A DNA stretch of 41,036 nucleotides. Source: a virus. Taxonomy: Duplodnaviria; Heunggongvirae; Uroviricota; Caudoviricetes. Below the pieces are notes generated by a model. It made no database searches. It had not been told where the DNA came from and saw nothing but the letters and a program-made list of their open reading frames with translations. Location: IMG/VR virus record IMGVR_UViG_2778261637_000006; one strand, given 5' to 3'. Position 1 is the stretch's first letter. Each line of letters opens with the position of its first letter. Positions 18,723-27,784 of this stretch are shown here, piece after piece. Made by a program: the position numbers and the translations under genes.

Positions 18723-18936
18723 TTTGCTGTCCCGCGTTATGTTGTCGGAGACAGTTTGTGAGAAATGCAGGCCCGGCGATTTTAATCTGCTTTAGAAAAC
18801 ATCAGGGGAGAAGGACAGGGAAAGCAATGCGGTGAACCGGAGGCGGTTATAAAACAGAGGCTGTAAAGCCTTTATAAGGGTAATACAGCCCCTCATTCGC
18901 TGGCAATGATAAATCACCCGCCTGAAGAGAGAAAAC

Positions 18937-19395
18937 TCAGCGACGGGCCGCTGATTCAAGATGGCGGACAATGGTATCGAGGATGGGGATTACCACTTCA
19001 GGCTGTAGTTCTCCATCCCCCGTCACCGGCAGGAACGGGCGGGCCGGAAGTTCAACAGACTCATTACGCCCCGTTTTACCCCCGAACTGGTGAATGGCAC
19101 CGTAAACAACGTTGGTCCCCACAACAGCCTGCCGGTCGTCATGGTCGGTTGATACTGACCCCATCAGACGCCCGGTATCCTGCAGTGTCTGCCCGTCACG
19201 TTCTTCCGCTGCCAGCGAGGGCATCCACCCCGGACGCCCCTCATCAAGAAAGTTAAACTGTGTTTCCGCCAGCAGGGTTCCGGCGATTTTGCGCATCGCG
19301 GGCTCCAGGTCTGTGGCAGCAAGATCCAGCGCACGGAGGCTCCGGCGCAGGGACTTATCGTTAATGGTGATACTGACCAGGTTATCGGAAGCCAT
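18937..19395 (-). CDS. Virion morphogenesis protein, Mu G-like
   Basis: 152 aa between the F-like and I-like genes. Confidence 0.75.
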   Translation of the reverse strand: MASDNLVSITINDKSLRRSLRALDLAATDLEPAMRKIAGTLLAETQFNFLDEGRPGWMPSLAAEERDGQTLQDTGRLMGSVSTDHDDRQAVVGTNVVYGAIHQFGGKTGRNESVELPARPFLPVTGDGELQPEVVIPILDTIVRHLESAARR

Positions 19396-19397
19396 TG

Positions 19398-20219
19398 TTA
19401 TCCTCTCAGTTCCTGTTGTGCCAGTGGCTGAAGCGTACCCTGATAGCGGGCCAGGTCGGGACGGTATGCTGCCCCCGGTGCATAAGACCAGCCGACGTCG
19501 GTGGTCACCTTCGTGGTGCCGGTATTAAAGGTGGCCACGTTCCGCATTTCGCCGGTTTTCTCTGAGACCAGTTTCAGTTCCTGGCCCATGGCAGAGCCGG
19601 AGCTGATAACCTTCAGGCCACGGGCACGGACATCCGCCGCACTCAGGGCAATCACACTACAGCGGCAGCGCCAGCCGTTCGGCGGGTAAAATGCCTGCCA
19701 GAACGGGTCATCCCAGCGCAGCACCAGACCATGCAGCGCCAGATGGCTCCTGCGGGTATGGCTGTCGTTGATGCCGGTATACATCCAGTACGGCCTGTCG
19801 TCGACGTTTTCCATCTGCTCCGCCCAACGACCGGCGCTGTAGAGTACGGACATATTGGTGCGAAAGATGGTGTCGAGCCGCCACGGGCTGCCCTGCTGAA
19901 TGGTGACCGGCTCACCCGTTACCGGGTCAGTCGTGTCACGTGGTCCCCACCATCCCTTACGCTTCAGCACCGGCTCCAGCTCCTGCCGGAACCAGCGATC
20001 GGTTTTTCCTTCATCGACAGCCTGCTGCAGTGCCCCGCGAATATCTTCCAGAATATCCAGGCGGGTCACTTTAGCGACGGTAAAGGCGCGGGCATGGGCT
20101 TCCTGCCACATTTCTTCCCAGTCCCAGGTAATCTGATACCCTTTGGACTTCAGGTAACTGACTGCCCGCTTCGGGGGAAGCGTCATGCAGTACGCCAGTT
20201 CAGCCGTTGTCACGCTCAT
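19398..20219 (-). CDS. Head morphogenesis protein, Mu F-like
   Basis: Downstream of portal; ATG at 20219 chosen, start uncertain (alternatives 20246, 20186). Confidence 0.75.
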   Translation of the reverse strand: MSVTTAELAYCMTLPPKRAVSYLKSKGYQITWDWEEMWQEAHARAFTVAKVTRLDILEDIRGALQQAVDEGKTDRWFRQELEPVLKRKGWWGPRDTTDPVTGEPVTIQQGSPWRLDTIFRTNMSVLYSAGRWAEQMENVDDRPYWMYTGINDSHTRRSHLALHGLVLRWDDPFWQAFYPPNGWRCRCSVIALSAADVRARGLKVISSGSAMGQELKLVSEKTGEMRNVATFNTGTTKVTTDVGWSYAPGAAYRPDLARYQGTLQPLAQQELRG

Positions 20220-21696
20220 GCAGACGCCCCCAGATATTTGCCACAAAGAGAATGCGGGCCAGCCGTTCCTGCAGATCGTCCGTGTTCATCTGAGGGTAGA
20301 GCTCCGCCAGTTCGCCCAGCAGCTCAGACGGGTTAACCCCGTTTTCGACCCGCTTAAACAGAGGTGCCAGGACGGGTTCCAGCGTGCCATTTAACACACC
20401 TCCGTTCATCAGAATGTCCAGCGCGTCGTCAAGCTGCTGCTGAGCCTGAATATCGGCATCAATCGCCTCGGCAAATGACAGCGGCAGCATGTTATTCTGG
20501 CGTTCCGACGGTGGTGTCTCGTCAATATCGCCGTCCTGCAGCTGGTACTCACGCTTAAAGTATTGCGGGGTCAGACGCAGACCCGCCCGGGTGAGTTTTT
20601 CGTCGCGGGTGGCGCGGGTGTCATCAATGGTCTCCTGTTCCCACATGGCCCAGACCGGACACGGCACATCGCCGAAGTTCAGGGTGACCACCGTTCTGAT
20701 AACCTGATTCACTGCTGCCTGAATGATGTCCGCATCCGCATCGCGGATATCAGCCGTTACCTCCAGCCCGGCCTGTGCAGAGGCCTTGTTACTGTTCGCT
20801 TCCGTGGTCTGATTCTGACCAAGTAATGCAATGGAGATCTCACTGCGTGACAGTGTGATCAGCTCGCGGAATACCTCGCTGCTGTCCGCCTTACCATCCG
20901 CGGCTTTGAGTTCGATGCTGCTGTCATCGGGGATGGCGGCCACCGCGTCCTCCACCATCTGCTCCATGGAGTCCAGCAGTTTTTCAATCTCTGCATCATT
21001 TGCACCCCTCGGGTGCTTACCGATCACCCACGGGGAGCCAAACTTTTCGGCAAAGCGGAGCCAGAATTTCATCCCGCCTTTCTTGAAGGCGACCGGCCAG
21101 AAGCACATGGACAGGTCCGGGAAACCGTAAGGATTGTCATACGAGGCATCCTGTGCCGGCACCACGAATTTTGACGGTGACAGCAGCTCACCCTCCACAC
21201 CCGCATCACGCGCCCGGAAGCGCAGGCAGTTGTCCGTATCAAACTGAAACCACTCAGGCGGTTTGCCGACAATATCCGTCACTGCCCACGCCCTGACCGA
21301 ACGGCCCCACATGATTTCACAGGGCTGATACCCGTAGAGCACGGCATCACTCATCTCACCGATGATGCGGGACAGATCCAGATCGTCGAGCATGTCGCGG
21401 ATGAAACGGAAGACCCGGGCAGAAGCGTGACCGCGCTCCAGTCCACGCTCCAGTGATTTGAGCGCTGCTTTACGTCTGCGGATACAGCCCCCGACCAGCG
21501 GGTCGGTGCGCAGTTCGCGGTAGATACGGATATCCCGTCCCTGAGCCTTGAGAATGGGATCAGGATTGGGCAGATACATGCCCAGTCCGTAAAAGTCGAT
21601 CGCGCGGCTGCGGGAGGCAATCTGCGCGGTCAGTGATTTCTGAGGCTCAGAAAAAGCAACAAATTCATCGGGTGAAACCCAGATACCCCTCGCCAT
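20200..21696 (-). CDS. Portal protein (Mu gp29/H, DUF935 family)
   Basis: 498 aa directly downstream of large terminase with 1-nt overlap. Confidence 0.9.
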   Translation of the reverse strand: MARGIWVSPDEFVAFSEPQKSLTAQIASRSRAIDFYGLGMYLPNPDPILKAQGRDIRIYRELRTDPLVGGCIRRRKAALKSLERGLERGHASARVFRFIRDMLDDLDLSRIIGEMSDAVLYGYQPCEIMWGRSVRAWAVTDIVGKPPEWFQFDTDNCLRFRARDAGVEGELLSPSKFVVPAQDASYDNPYGFPDLSMCFWPVAFKKGGMKFWLRFAEKFGSPWVIGKHPRGANDAEIEKLLDSMEQMVEDAVAAIPDDSSIELKAADGKADSSEVFRELITLSRSEISIALLGQNQTTEANSNKASAQAGLEVTADIRDADADIIQAAVNQVIRTVVTLNFGDVPCPVWAMWEQETIDDTRATRDEKLTRAGLRLTPQYFKREYQLQDGDIDETPPSERQNNMLPLSFAEAIDADIQAQQQLDDALDILMNGGVLNGTLEPVLAPLFKRVENGVNPSELLGELAELYPQMNTDDLQERLARILFVANIWGRLHERDNG

Positions 21697-23219
21697 CAGA
21701 ATCCCTCCAGCATACGGGCCGCCTGACGACGACGGCGTGAGCTTGCCTTCACCGGCCCTTTGTTAATTTCACGGCTGGCGAAATACGCCAGCGCCAGTGC
21801 GATGGCTGAATCCCCGTGACGTTTACCACCATCAGCCTTTGCTTTTGAGCGTTGCTCCGGCACGCGGGGGACACCGTTCACCACCTGAACGGCCCGCAGG
21901 TCATCCAGTGTGTCTTCATCCTTTGGTAAGTCCACCAGGTTACCGTCTTCCAGTGCAGCTTTGACCGGAGGCATATGCTCCCGGTACCAGCCTTCGGTTG
22001 GCATCACCTGCTGAACCCGGCCGGAGCCGTAGCGCTGCATGGCGTATTCAGCCAGATAGGCACCATTACCACGGGCATCAAACGCTGCACCCAGCAGACC
22101 GGGCAGGCCATCCATCAGATACCAGGTGATTTGCTCCTGCTGCCTGAACGGCACGTTACGCAACTCCAGTACGAATGGCACGCGTCGTATCAGGTTCTTC
22201 TCCTGCAACAACGGGTAGTCCACCGACAAATCCCCGCTACGGCCAAAGTCACGCCCCAGAAAAGAGCGGGCACCAGCGGGGAGCGCCTCCAGTAATGGTT
22301 TCAGATGCTCATCAAGCCAGTCCTGCGTCTCGCGGAAGCGAACCTCATCAGACAGCAGTTCATAACCTTCCTTGCAGGTCAGACGCAATACCGGCGTATC
22401 AGCGGACATGCGGGACTCTATCAGGGCTCGGGACAGCCAGGCACCGCCACCGTTGGCCGGAATACAGTCAAGCTCTTCGGATGCACCGGCACCGTAGAAT
22501 TTGTACACCGACGCCATCCAGGCCTGCTCGGATGCCTCCGACCATTCCTTCCCGGTGCGCAGACAAACGCGCCGGAACAGCCCCTCAGATACGGCTTCCC
22601 GGAAAGTGATGCGATGTACGCTGCCTCCCTGACGTCCGGCACGGATATCCCCGATAAGCGTATTGAACGGATTGTCGTCACCGTCATGGGTGGAGATAAC
22701 GCGTACCTTTCCCCCCCAGATAAGCATCGCCAGCGCCGCTTTCAGCAGTTCGTCCAGTTGCTCATGGAACGCCGCTTCGTCGATAACAATAATACCCTGA
22801 CGGCCACGCAGGTTAGACGGGCGGCTGGAGAGCGCAACAATACGAAAGCCGGAGTCAGGAAATTTGATGGTGTAAGTCCTGATGTGTTTGTCGTCGTCGT
22901 CCTCTTCCCAGAATCCTTCTTCAATTTCACTGGCCGCATAGTTGAATGCCCGTGCCCACATCGCACACGCCTGAATGTATTCGACGGTCATGTCCTGGTT
23001 ATAAGCGATGTAATACACATTCATCCCGCCTGCTGGCGCAGAAGAGGCGGCGGTCAGTACGTTATCGGATGCCTCAGCCCATGTAATACCGGTACGACGG
23101 CTCTTTTCTATCACCTTAAGCGGAGAGGCATCTGCCACCCAGCGCTGCTGGTAGGGCAACAGAACGGGAGGGGCCTTATAACTCGCGGTGTCAGGAATGT
23201 GCGGCGGCAGCTCCGTCAT
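21696..23219 (-). CDS. Terminase large subunit (Mu gp28-like)
   Basis: 507 aa; ATPase-type motif GIIVIDEAAF and C-terminal nuclease-like region. Confidence 0.9.
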   Translation of the reverse strand: MTELPPHIPDTASYKAPPVLLPYQQRWVADASPLKVIEKSRRTGITWAEASDNVLTAASSAPAGGMNVYYIAYNQDMTVEYIQACAMWARAFNYAASEIEEGFWEEDDDDKHIRTYTIKFPDSGFRIVALSSRPSNLRGRQGIIVIDEAAFHEQLDELLKAALAMLIWGGKVRVISTHDGDDNPFNTLIGDIRAGRQGGSVHRITFREAVSEGLFRRVCLRTGKEWSEASEQAWMASVYKFYGAGASEELDCIPANGGGAWLSRALIESRMSADTPVLRLTCKEGYELLSDEVRFRETQDWLDEHLKPLLEALPAGARSFLGRDFGRSGDLSVDYPLLQEKNLIRRVPFVLELRNVPFRQQEQITWYLMDGLPGLLGAAFDARGNGAYLAEYAMQRYGSGRVQQVMPTEGWYREHMPPVKAALEDGNLVDLPKDEDTLDDLRAVQVVNGVPRVPEQRSKAKADGGKRHGDSAIALALAYFASREINKGPVKASSRRRRQAARMLEGF

Positions 23220-23764
23220 GATACCACCCCCAGAATTTCCCGGCGCAGTGCCTGTACGGCTTCCGCAGAGAGCCCGCCCTTACGGGCAATTTTCTCGGCG
23301 GCAGCGGCAGCACGTTCAACCCTCTCTCTGACTTCTGCCTGATAGCGCTTGAGGTTGACCGAGGCGCGGGTCAGTGTGGCGATATTTTTTGAAGCCGTTG
23401 CCAGCAGTTTTGCCCGGGCGAAGGGATCGTCGTTTTCCCGCGACTCCTGCAGGCGCATCAGGATATCCGTCATTTCGGTCTGGACGAGGGTTATCAGCCC
23501 GGCTGAACGGTCATCAGGATCGTCTCCGGCCTCCCGGGCAAGCAGACGCGCTGCCTCGGTTGCCGCCCGCACCCGGGCCAGTTGCTGCTCCATTTTGTAG
23601 CCAAACCGCTGCAGGGAAGAGCGGGTGATGCTGTACCCCTTTTCCTTCAACAGACTTTCAAGCTCTGCATAGCCGGTGAAATTATTCTCCGTCAGTGCCC
23701 GCTCAAGCCAGCGACGGACCTCCTTCGGCAGAGAATCAATGCTGCTGCGACGTCCCATAATCAC
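23216..23764 (-). CDS. Putative terminase small subunit (Mu gp27-like, DUF3486-like)
   Basis: 182 aa with N-terminal HTH-like region, immediately upstream of large terminase with overlap. Confidence 0.65.
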   Translation of the reverse strand: MIMGRRSSIDSLPKEVRRWLERALTENNFTGYAELESLLKEKGYSITRSSLQRFGYKMEQQLARVRAATEAARLLAREAGDDPDDRSAGLITLVQTEMTDILMRLQESRENDDPFARAKLLATASKNIATLTRASVNLKRYQAEVRERVERAAAAAEKIARKGGLSAEAVQALRREILGVVS

Positions 23765-24072
23765 TCACTCCAGTATTTTTCCGGGCGGGCAATACCGGGG
23801 CCGCATTCCACGGTGTATTCCACAATATCCACACCAAGGCGACTCAGATCGGCAAACCAGTCACCGGAAGGCCTCTTCTCCAGTTCCACCATCTTGCGAT
23901 CTGCCAGGTAATCAAGCTCACGGCGCAGCTCCAGTTGCGTGGTGTCCGGGTAGATGGCGCGGGACACTTCCAGCAGCAGCGTCTCGCTGGCGGTATAAGG
24001 GCGGGTTTTGTTCAGGGCAACCAGCAGACTCCAGCGCAGGGATTCGCGGCGTACCCGGGTAATATCGACCAT
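23761..24072 (-). CDS. Hypothetical phage protein (Mu gp26 position)
   Basis: 103-aa ORF coupled to neighbours. Confidence 0.5.
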   Translation of the reverse strand: MVDITRVRRESLRWSLLVALNKTRPYTASETLLLEVSRAIYPDTTQLELRRELDYLADRKMVELEKRPSGDWFADLSRLGVDIVEYTVECGPGIARPEKYWSE

Positions 24073-24398
24073 TATTGACCTCCGGTATTGCGGTACTGCT
24101 GTACCACTTCCAGTTTGTTGTAGAGCGCGTCCAGTTTGGCCTCGATGACTGTCTGGCCACGGATATAATCCTCGCGACGGACATAATTCAGCGGTAAATC
24201 CGCTTTAAATCGCATAAATTCTTTTTCCAGTTCGCCCCAGTTGGAGGCGGACTGTTGCAGGGCCTGCTCAAGGGAGGCGAATCGTGCCGCCTGGCGTTCT
24301 TCTGTTTTACTGAACAACCATTTGGCGAGCCCTCCCACAAACCCCATGAAGGTGAGCAAAAAACTCACCACCGTCCAGAATTCAACCTGCAGTGTCAT
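24072..24398 (-). CDS. Membrane-anchored protein (Mu gp25 position)
   Basis: 108 aa, N-terminal TM helix (FWTVVSFLLTFMGFVGGL) then coiled coil. Confidence 0.55.
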   Translation of the reverse strand: MTLQVEFWTVVSFLLTFMGFVGGLAKWLFSKTEERQAARFASLEQALQQSASNWGELEKEFMRFKADLPLNYVRREDYIRGQTVIEAKLDALYNKLEVVQQYRNTGGQ

Positions 24399-25006
24399 TT
24401 CTGTAATCCTTCCCGTTCATCCAGTAGCGCGTTTATCTGGTTTCGCCAGCGACGACATTGCCCTGCGTTGTCGATGATGTTGGCAAGGACGTCAAGCTGG
24501 GAGACACCCGAATTGCGTAACCGGGCGTCAGCGGTTTCAGGTTGCCCGGTCGCTGCGCCAGTGCCGGTGCCAGCGGCGGCAACTGAGTCTGAATGACCGG
24601 TGTCGACGGATGCGTTGTCGTATCCGAGTGCGGCGTTGTACTGGCGCACGAAACCGCGAGTAAACACGCACTCAATGGGATGGCTCTTACCTTTTTCATC
24701 AATCCAGCGCTGTGTGACATCGTTAATTTGCCCCTGTAGTTGTTTGTTCTGGTCCTCCAGTTGAGCAATCTGCTCAAGATAACCAGCTTCAGCCCGTTGC
24801 CCGGCGGCTACCTGCTCCTGATAACGCTCAGACCATGCGCGCAACGCCGCCACCTCACGCCGGGCCTGTTCTGCCCGGTATCCGTCAAAATCCGCCTGCA
24901 GGCGGCTGAGCGCCGCCTGACCGTCAGCGGAGGCCCGGTCGTGGCCTGTGCTGTATCCCAGCCACCAGATCGCCAGCAGGAAGGTGTTCAGGAGAATGGC
25001 CAGCAT
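24395..25006 (-). CDS. i-spanin (Rz-like)
   Basis: N-terminal TM helix MLAILLNTFLLAIWWLGY then coiled-coil periplasmic domain; downstream of endolysin. Alternative GTG start at 25042. Confidence 0.7.
   Translation of the reverse strand: MLAILLNTFLLAIWWLGYSTGHDRASADGQAALSRLQADFDGYRAEQARREVAALRAWSERYQEQVAAGQRAEAGYLEQIAQLEDQNKQLQGQINDVTQRWIDEKGKSHPIECVFTRGFVRQYNAALGYDNASVDTGHSDSVAAAGTGTGAATGQPETADARLRNSGVSQLDVLANIIDNAGQCRRWRNQINALLDEREGLQK
24433..24699 (-). CDS. o-spanin (Rz1-like lipoprotein) nested in the i-spanin gene in another frame
   Basis: MKKVRAIPLSAC: signal with L-S-A-C lipobox-like motif, then Pro/Thr/Ser-rich mature part; fully embedded. Confidence 0.6.
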   Translation of the reverse strand: MKKVRAIPLSACLLAVSCASTTPHSDTTTHPSTPVIQTQLPPLAPALAQRPGNLKPLTPGYAIRVSPSLTSLPTSSTTQGNVVAGETR

Positions 25007-25034
25007 AATGACCCGCCACGGCAGCGACCGTAAC

Positions 25035-25772
25035 TTACGTACCCACACAGCTTGCCCCTCCCCATGAGAGATAACGCGGGGCCAGCGTGAACAGGATGCG
25101 CTGGGGATAATGACGGTTCTCCCGCCAGCTGGCAGTGCTGCGTCCGGCATTCACCGTGGCGACATGACCAAACCAGCGGGTGCTGTCCAGCCCTTTTTGT
25201 GATGCAAGCCGCCTGTCCCGCTGTACCCAGCCCAGACCACCGTTATAGCCCGACAGTGTCATGGCCATACGCTCGCAGTCACTGGCGGCGCTGACGCGCT
25301 GCCACAGCCAGCGGTCATAGCTGACCAGCGCCCGGATGGCCCATGCCGGATTAAATGGCTCACGGCTGTTAAGCCCCGGCATCAACTGACTTATCCAGTC
25401 GGCGGTGGCGGGCATGAACTGCGCCAGTCCCTGAGCGCCAACCGGCGAGATCGCATCAGGTCGCCAGCCGCTTTCCTGATGCAGTTGCGCAGCGAAATCA
25501 GCCACCGGCGCAGACAGTCCCCATTCAAGCCGGGCATTACGGATCACATCATCGCGATACTGCAGCGCTGCCTGCGGAGGCTGCGCTGCGCGGGCCTGAC
25601 TGAAGAAGCCGCCACACCAGAGCAACATTGCGACAAAGAATACCCGTGCCATATGAACCAGAAAGGTCCCGGCGCGGACTGACAGGCGTTCGGTTCTGAT
25701 GAAGACCCTAAAGGCTTCGAAAGCCAGTTTCAGGGACATGCATACAATCCAGGTGATCTGCGGCCAGTTCAT
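25035..25772 (-). CDS. Endolysin, lytic transglycosylase (SLT domain) with N-terminal signal/anchor
   Basis: SLT motif AAQLHQESGWRPDAISPVGAQGLAQFMP; hydrophobic MARVFFVAMLLWCGGFF; ATG at 25772 is 2 nt after the holin stop, internal start at 25652 also possible. Confidence 0.8.
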   Translation of the reverse strand: MNWPQITWIVCMSLKLAFEAFRVFIRTERLSVRAGTFLVHMARVFFVAMLLWCGGFFSQARAAQPPQAALQYRDDVIRNARLEWGLSAPVADFAAQLHQESGWRPDAISPVGAQGLAQFMPATADWISQLMPGLNSREPFNPAWAIRALVSYDRWLWQRVSAASDCERMAMTLSGYNGGLGWVQRDRRLASQKGLDSTRWFGHVATVNAGRSTASWRENRHYPQRILFTLAPRYLSWGGASCVGT

Positions 25773-25774
25773 GA

Positions 25775-26125
25775 TTAAAGCCCCATCGCAACAGCCAGAC
25801 AGACCGCTGCAACAATCAGTGCACGGCGGATTAACGCAGCAGAAAACACCAGGTGAAGGCCGGTCTGTACCGGGAAACGCCCATCAGCCATCAGCCTGTC
25901 GTCATGTTTCAGGTACTGACCGGGACGGGCTTTGGGGAAGAGCGAACGGTCAAGCCAGTAACCCAGCACTGCTGCCAGCGTGATGAGTGCCAGCTTGTAG
26001 ATCACAACAGGCAACTGCTGTGGCGAGACCAGAGCGATGGTGCCCAGCAACAGCACTGAGGTCAGCAGCCAGCCGCTGAGGCGAGGTTTTTTAACAGGGG
26101 GAATGAATTTTTTCAGGTTTTTCAT
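25775..26125 (-). CDS. Putative holin
   Basis: 116 aa from ATG at 26125, preceded by AAGGAGA SD; basic N-terminus and two predicted TM helices; directly upstream of endolysin. Confidence 0.65.
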   Translation of the reverse strand: MKNLKKFIPPVKKPRLSGWLLTSVLLLGTIALVSPQQLPVVIYKLALITLAAVLGYWLDRSLFPKARPGQYLKHDDRLMADGRFPVQTGLHLVFSAALIRRALIVAAVCLAVAMGL

Positions 26126-26255
26126 GTGTGTCTCCTTGTCTGGTGGAGACAGCATCACAAATACAGGGCGCGAAGGATTTTAAAGCGCGTTAAGAGAGCC
26201 GGGGATACGGGATGTGCAGGATAAACGATGAATTATTCACAGAGGAGAATACGAT

Positions 26256-26999
26256 ATGACGCAGACACTGAATCCGGTCATCACTGTCACCGTGTCCGGT
26301 CCTGTGGGCAGCGGTAAAAGTTACATATTGGCGCGGATAGAGGAAGTGGTGAAACAGGAATTCGGGGGCAGCGTCATTGTCGATGCTGCAGACGTAGATG
26401 ATGAGCGGCGTATGAGTGGCGATGATCTGACGACCTGGCAGAAGCCACGGGGTGGCACAGTGATCAGGCTGGAGGAATACACGGGACAGGGCCTGTTGTC
26501 ATACGGCGAGGAGCGTATCTGTCGGACGAATGAGCTGCTGGATGTTATATGCCCCACGGGCCGGCAACCCTGGATACTGCCCGATGCACTGCATGCCACC
26601 ATTGCGGCACTGATGACAGTTTACGATCAGGAGCTGCTCATGAAGGAGCTACGTAAACTCACCGGTCAGCCAACAGAATGTTTTTCTGCCCCGAAGTACG
26701 GGAAACAGGAACACATCCCGGTGAACACGCTCCCCGTTAACCAGCCTCCCCGGTTCTTCGACGAATACATTCTGACACCGGAAAATAAAGCTGAGCACGA
26801 AGAGATCAAAGCGGCGTTGTTCCGGGAAATCAGGAAGATTGCTGAAATGCAACTGGGGGGCGGGCTGGACAGAGTGATGGCGAGAGGAGAATGGGAGTCG
26901 CTGTTTGAAAGAGTTTCCCCGGAATTACTTCCCCTCGCACTGGCTATCGGGATTATGCAGACAGCGGATAAACCTCACTTACGTTCATTAAACACGTAA
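26256..26999 (+). CDS. P-loop NTPase/kinase-like protein of unknown function
   Basis: 247 aa; Walker A VSGPVGSGKSY at residues 13-22, Walker-B-like SVIVDAADVDDE; GAGGAG SD; opposite strand to the adjacent late genes. Confidence 0.7.
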   Translation: MTQTLNPVITVTVSGPVGSGKSYILARIEEVVKQEFGGSVIVDAADVDDERRMSGDDLTTWQKPRGGTVIRLEEYTGQGLLSYGEERICRTNELLDVICPTGRQPWILPDALHATIAALMTVYDQELLMKELRKLTGQPTECFSAPKYGKQEHIPVNTLPVNQPPRFFDEYILTPENKAEHEEIKAALFREIRKIAEMQLGGGLDRVMARGEWESLFERVSPELLPLALAIGIMQTADKPHLRSLNT

Positions 27000-27379
27000 C
27001 GCATAATCCGGGATACGCATTCAGCGATGACTGCATTTTCACCGGTTTTTACTGCATCCAGAAGTGACTCTTTAAATGGTGCGGGCCGGGGCTGCAGAAG
27101 GGTCGGCGTGGCATTGAGCAGACGGAGCGTTTTTTCCGTGAGGACGACATCAGCCGCTCCCACAGCCAGCAACTGAGAGTAACGAATATAGCTGTTATCC
27201 CGAAGCCATATCAGCGTATCAATAAAATACCGGCACTTTTTCTGGTCGTGATCAACCTGGTCCGGGATATCGAAAAAACCAGAATAAATCAAAACCTGAG
27301 GTGCCGGATGCGTGTTCAGTAATCGGCAGAATATTTTGCCGGTGAGTGCATAAAAATCATCATTTAAGGAGTGCATCAT
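26975..27379 (-). CDS. Hypothetical protein (134 aa)
   Basis: Non-repetitive ORF convergent with the P-loop gene (25-nt overlap); no clear Mor/C-family HTH. Confidence 0.45.
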   Translation of the reverse strand: MMHSLNDDFYALTGKIFCRLLNTHPAPQVLIYSGFFDIPDQVDHDQKKCRYFIDTLIWLRDNSYIRYSQLLAVGAADVVLTEKTLRLLNATPTLLQPRPAPFKESLLDAVKTGENAVIAECVSRIMRYVFNERK

Positions 27380-27593
27380 GAATCCCCGATTAACGTTAAC
27401 AGAACATCAGCGCCGTGCTGAAGCAGTGAACAATGTTCTGGAAGATATTATCCGGTTACATCGCGGAGAACTGAGTGTCTGTCGTGCCGCTTTTCATTTT
27501 CAGGGAATACAAAAGCAGTTTGATACTTCTGTTTTTGCAGAAGGTATTACTTATGCCCTGGACCGGATAAGGTCAGAAAATCGCCCCGGATAA
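27378..27593 (+). CDS. Hypothetical small protein (71 aa)
   Basis: ATG with AAGGAG SD 6 nt upstream. Confidence 0.5.
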   Translation: MNPRLTLTEHQRRAEAVNNVLEDIIRLHRGELSVCRAAFHFQGIQKQFDTSVFAEGITYALDRIRSENRPG

Positions 27594-27784
27594 TCCCTAA
27601 ACCACATTAACAGAAATCCCACTATCCCTGCCGCATCATGAAAGAACGACCAGCCCGGTGCTTCGGACCCACCGGGCTGGCCATCGTCCCACAGAAGTGG
27701 CTGTGAGCCGACCGAGGTTCAGTCAGTCTCGCGAGACCAGACTAGCCTGCCATATTTTTAATAATTGTAAAAGGCTTACAGATT

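Noticed and set aside
22305-23342. 345-aa plus-strand ORF
   Set aside because: Antisense shadow ORF inside the large terminase gene in GC-rich DNA; low-complexity R/G/P-rich translation.
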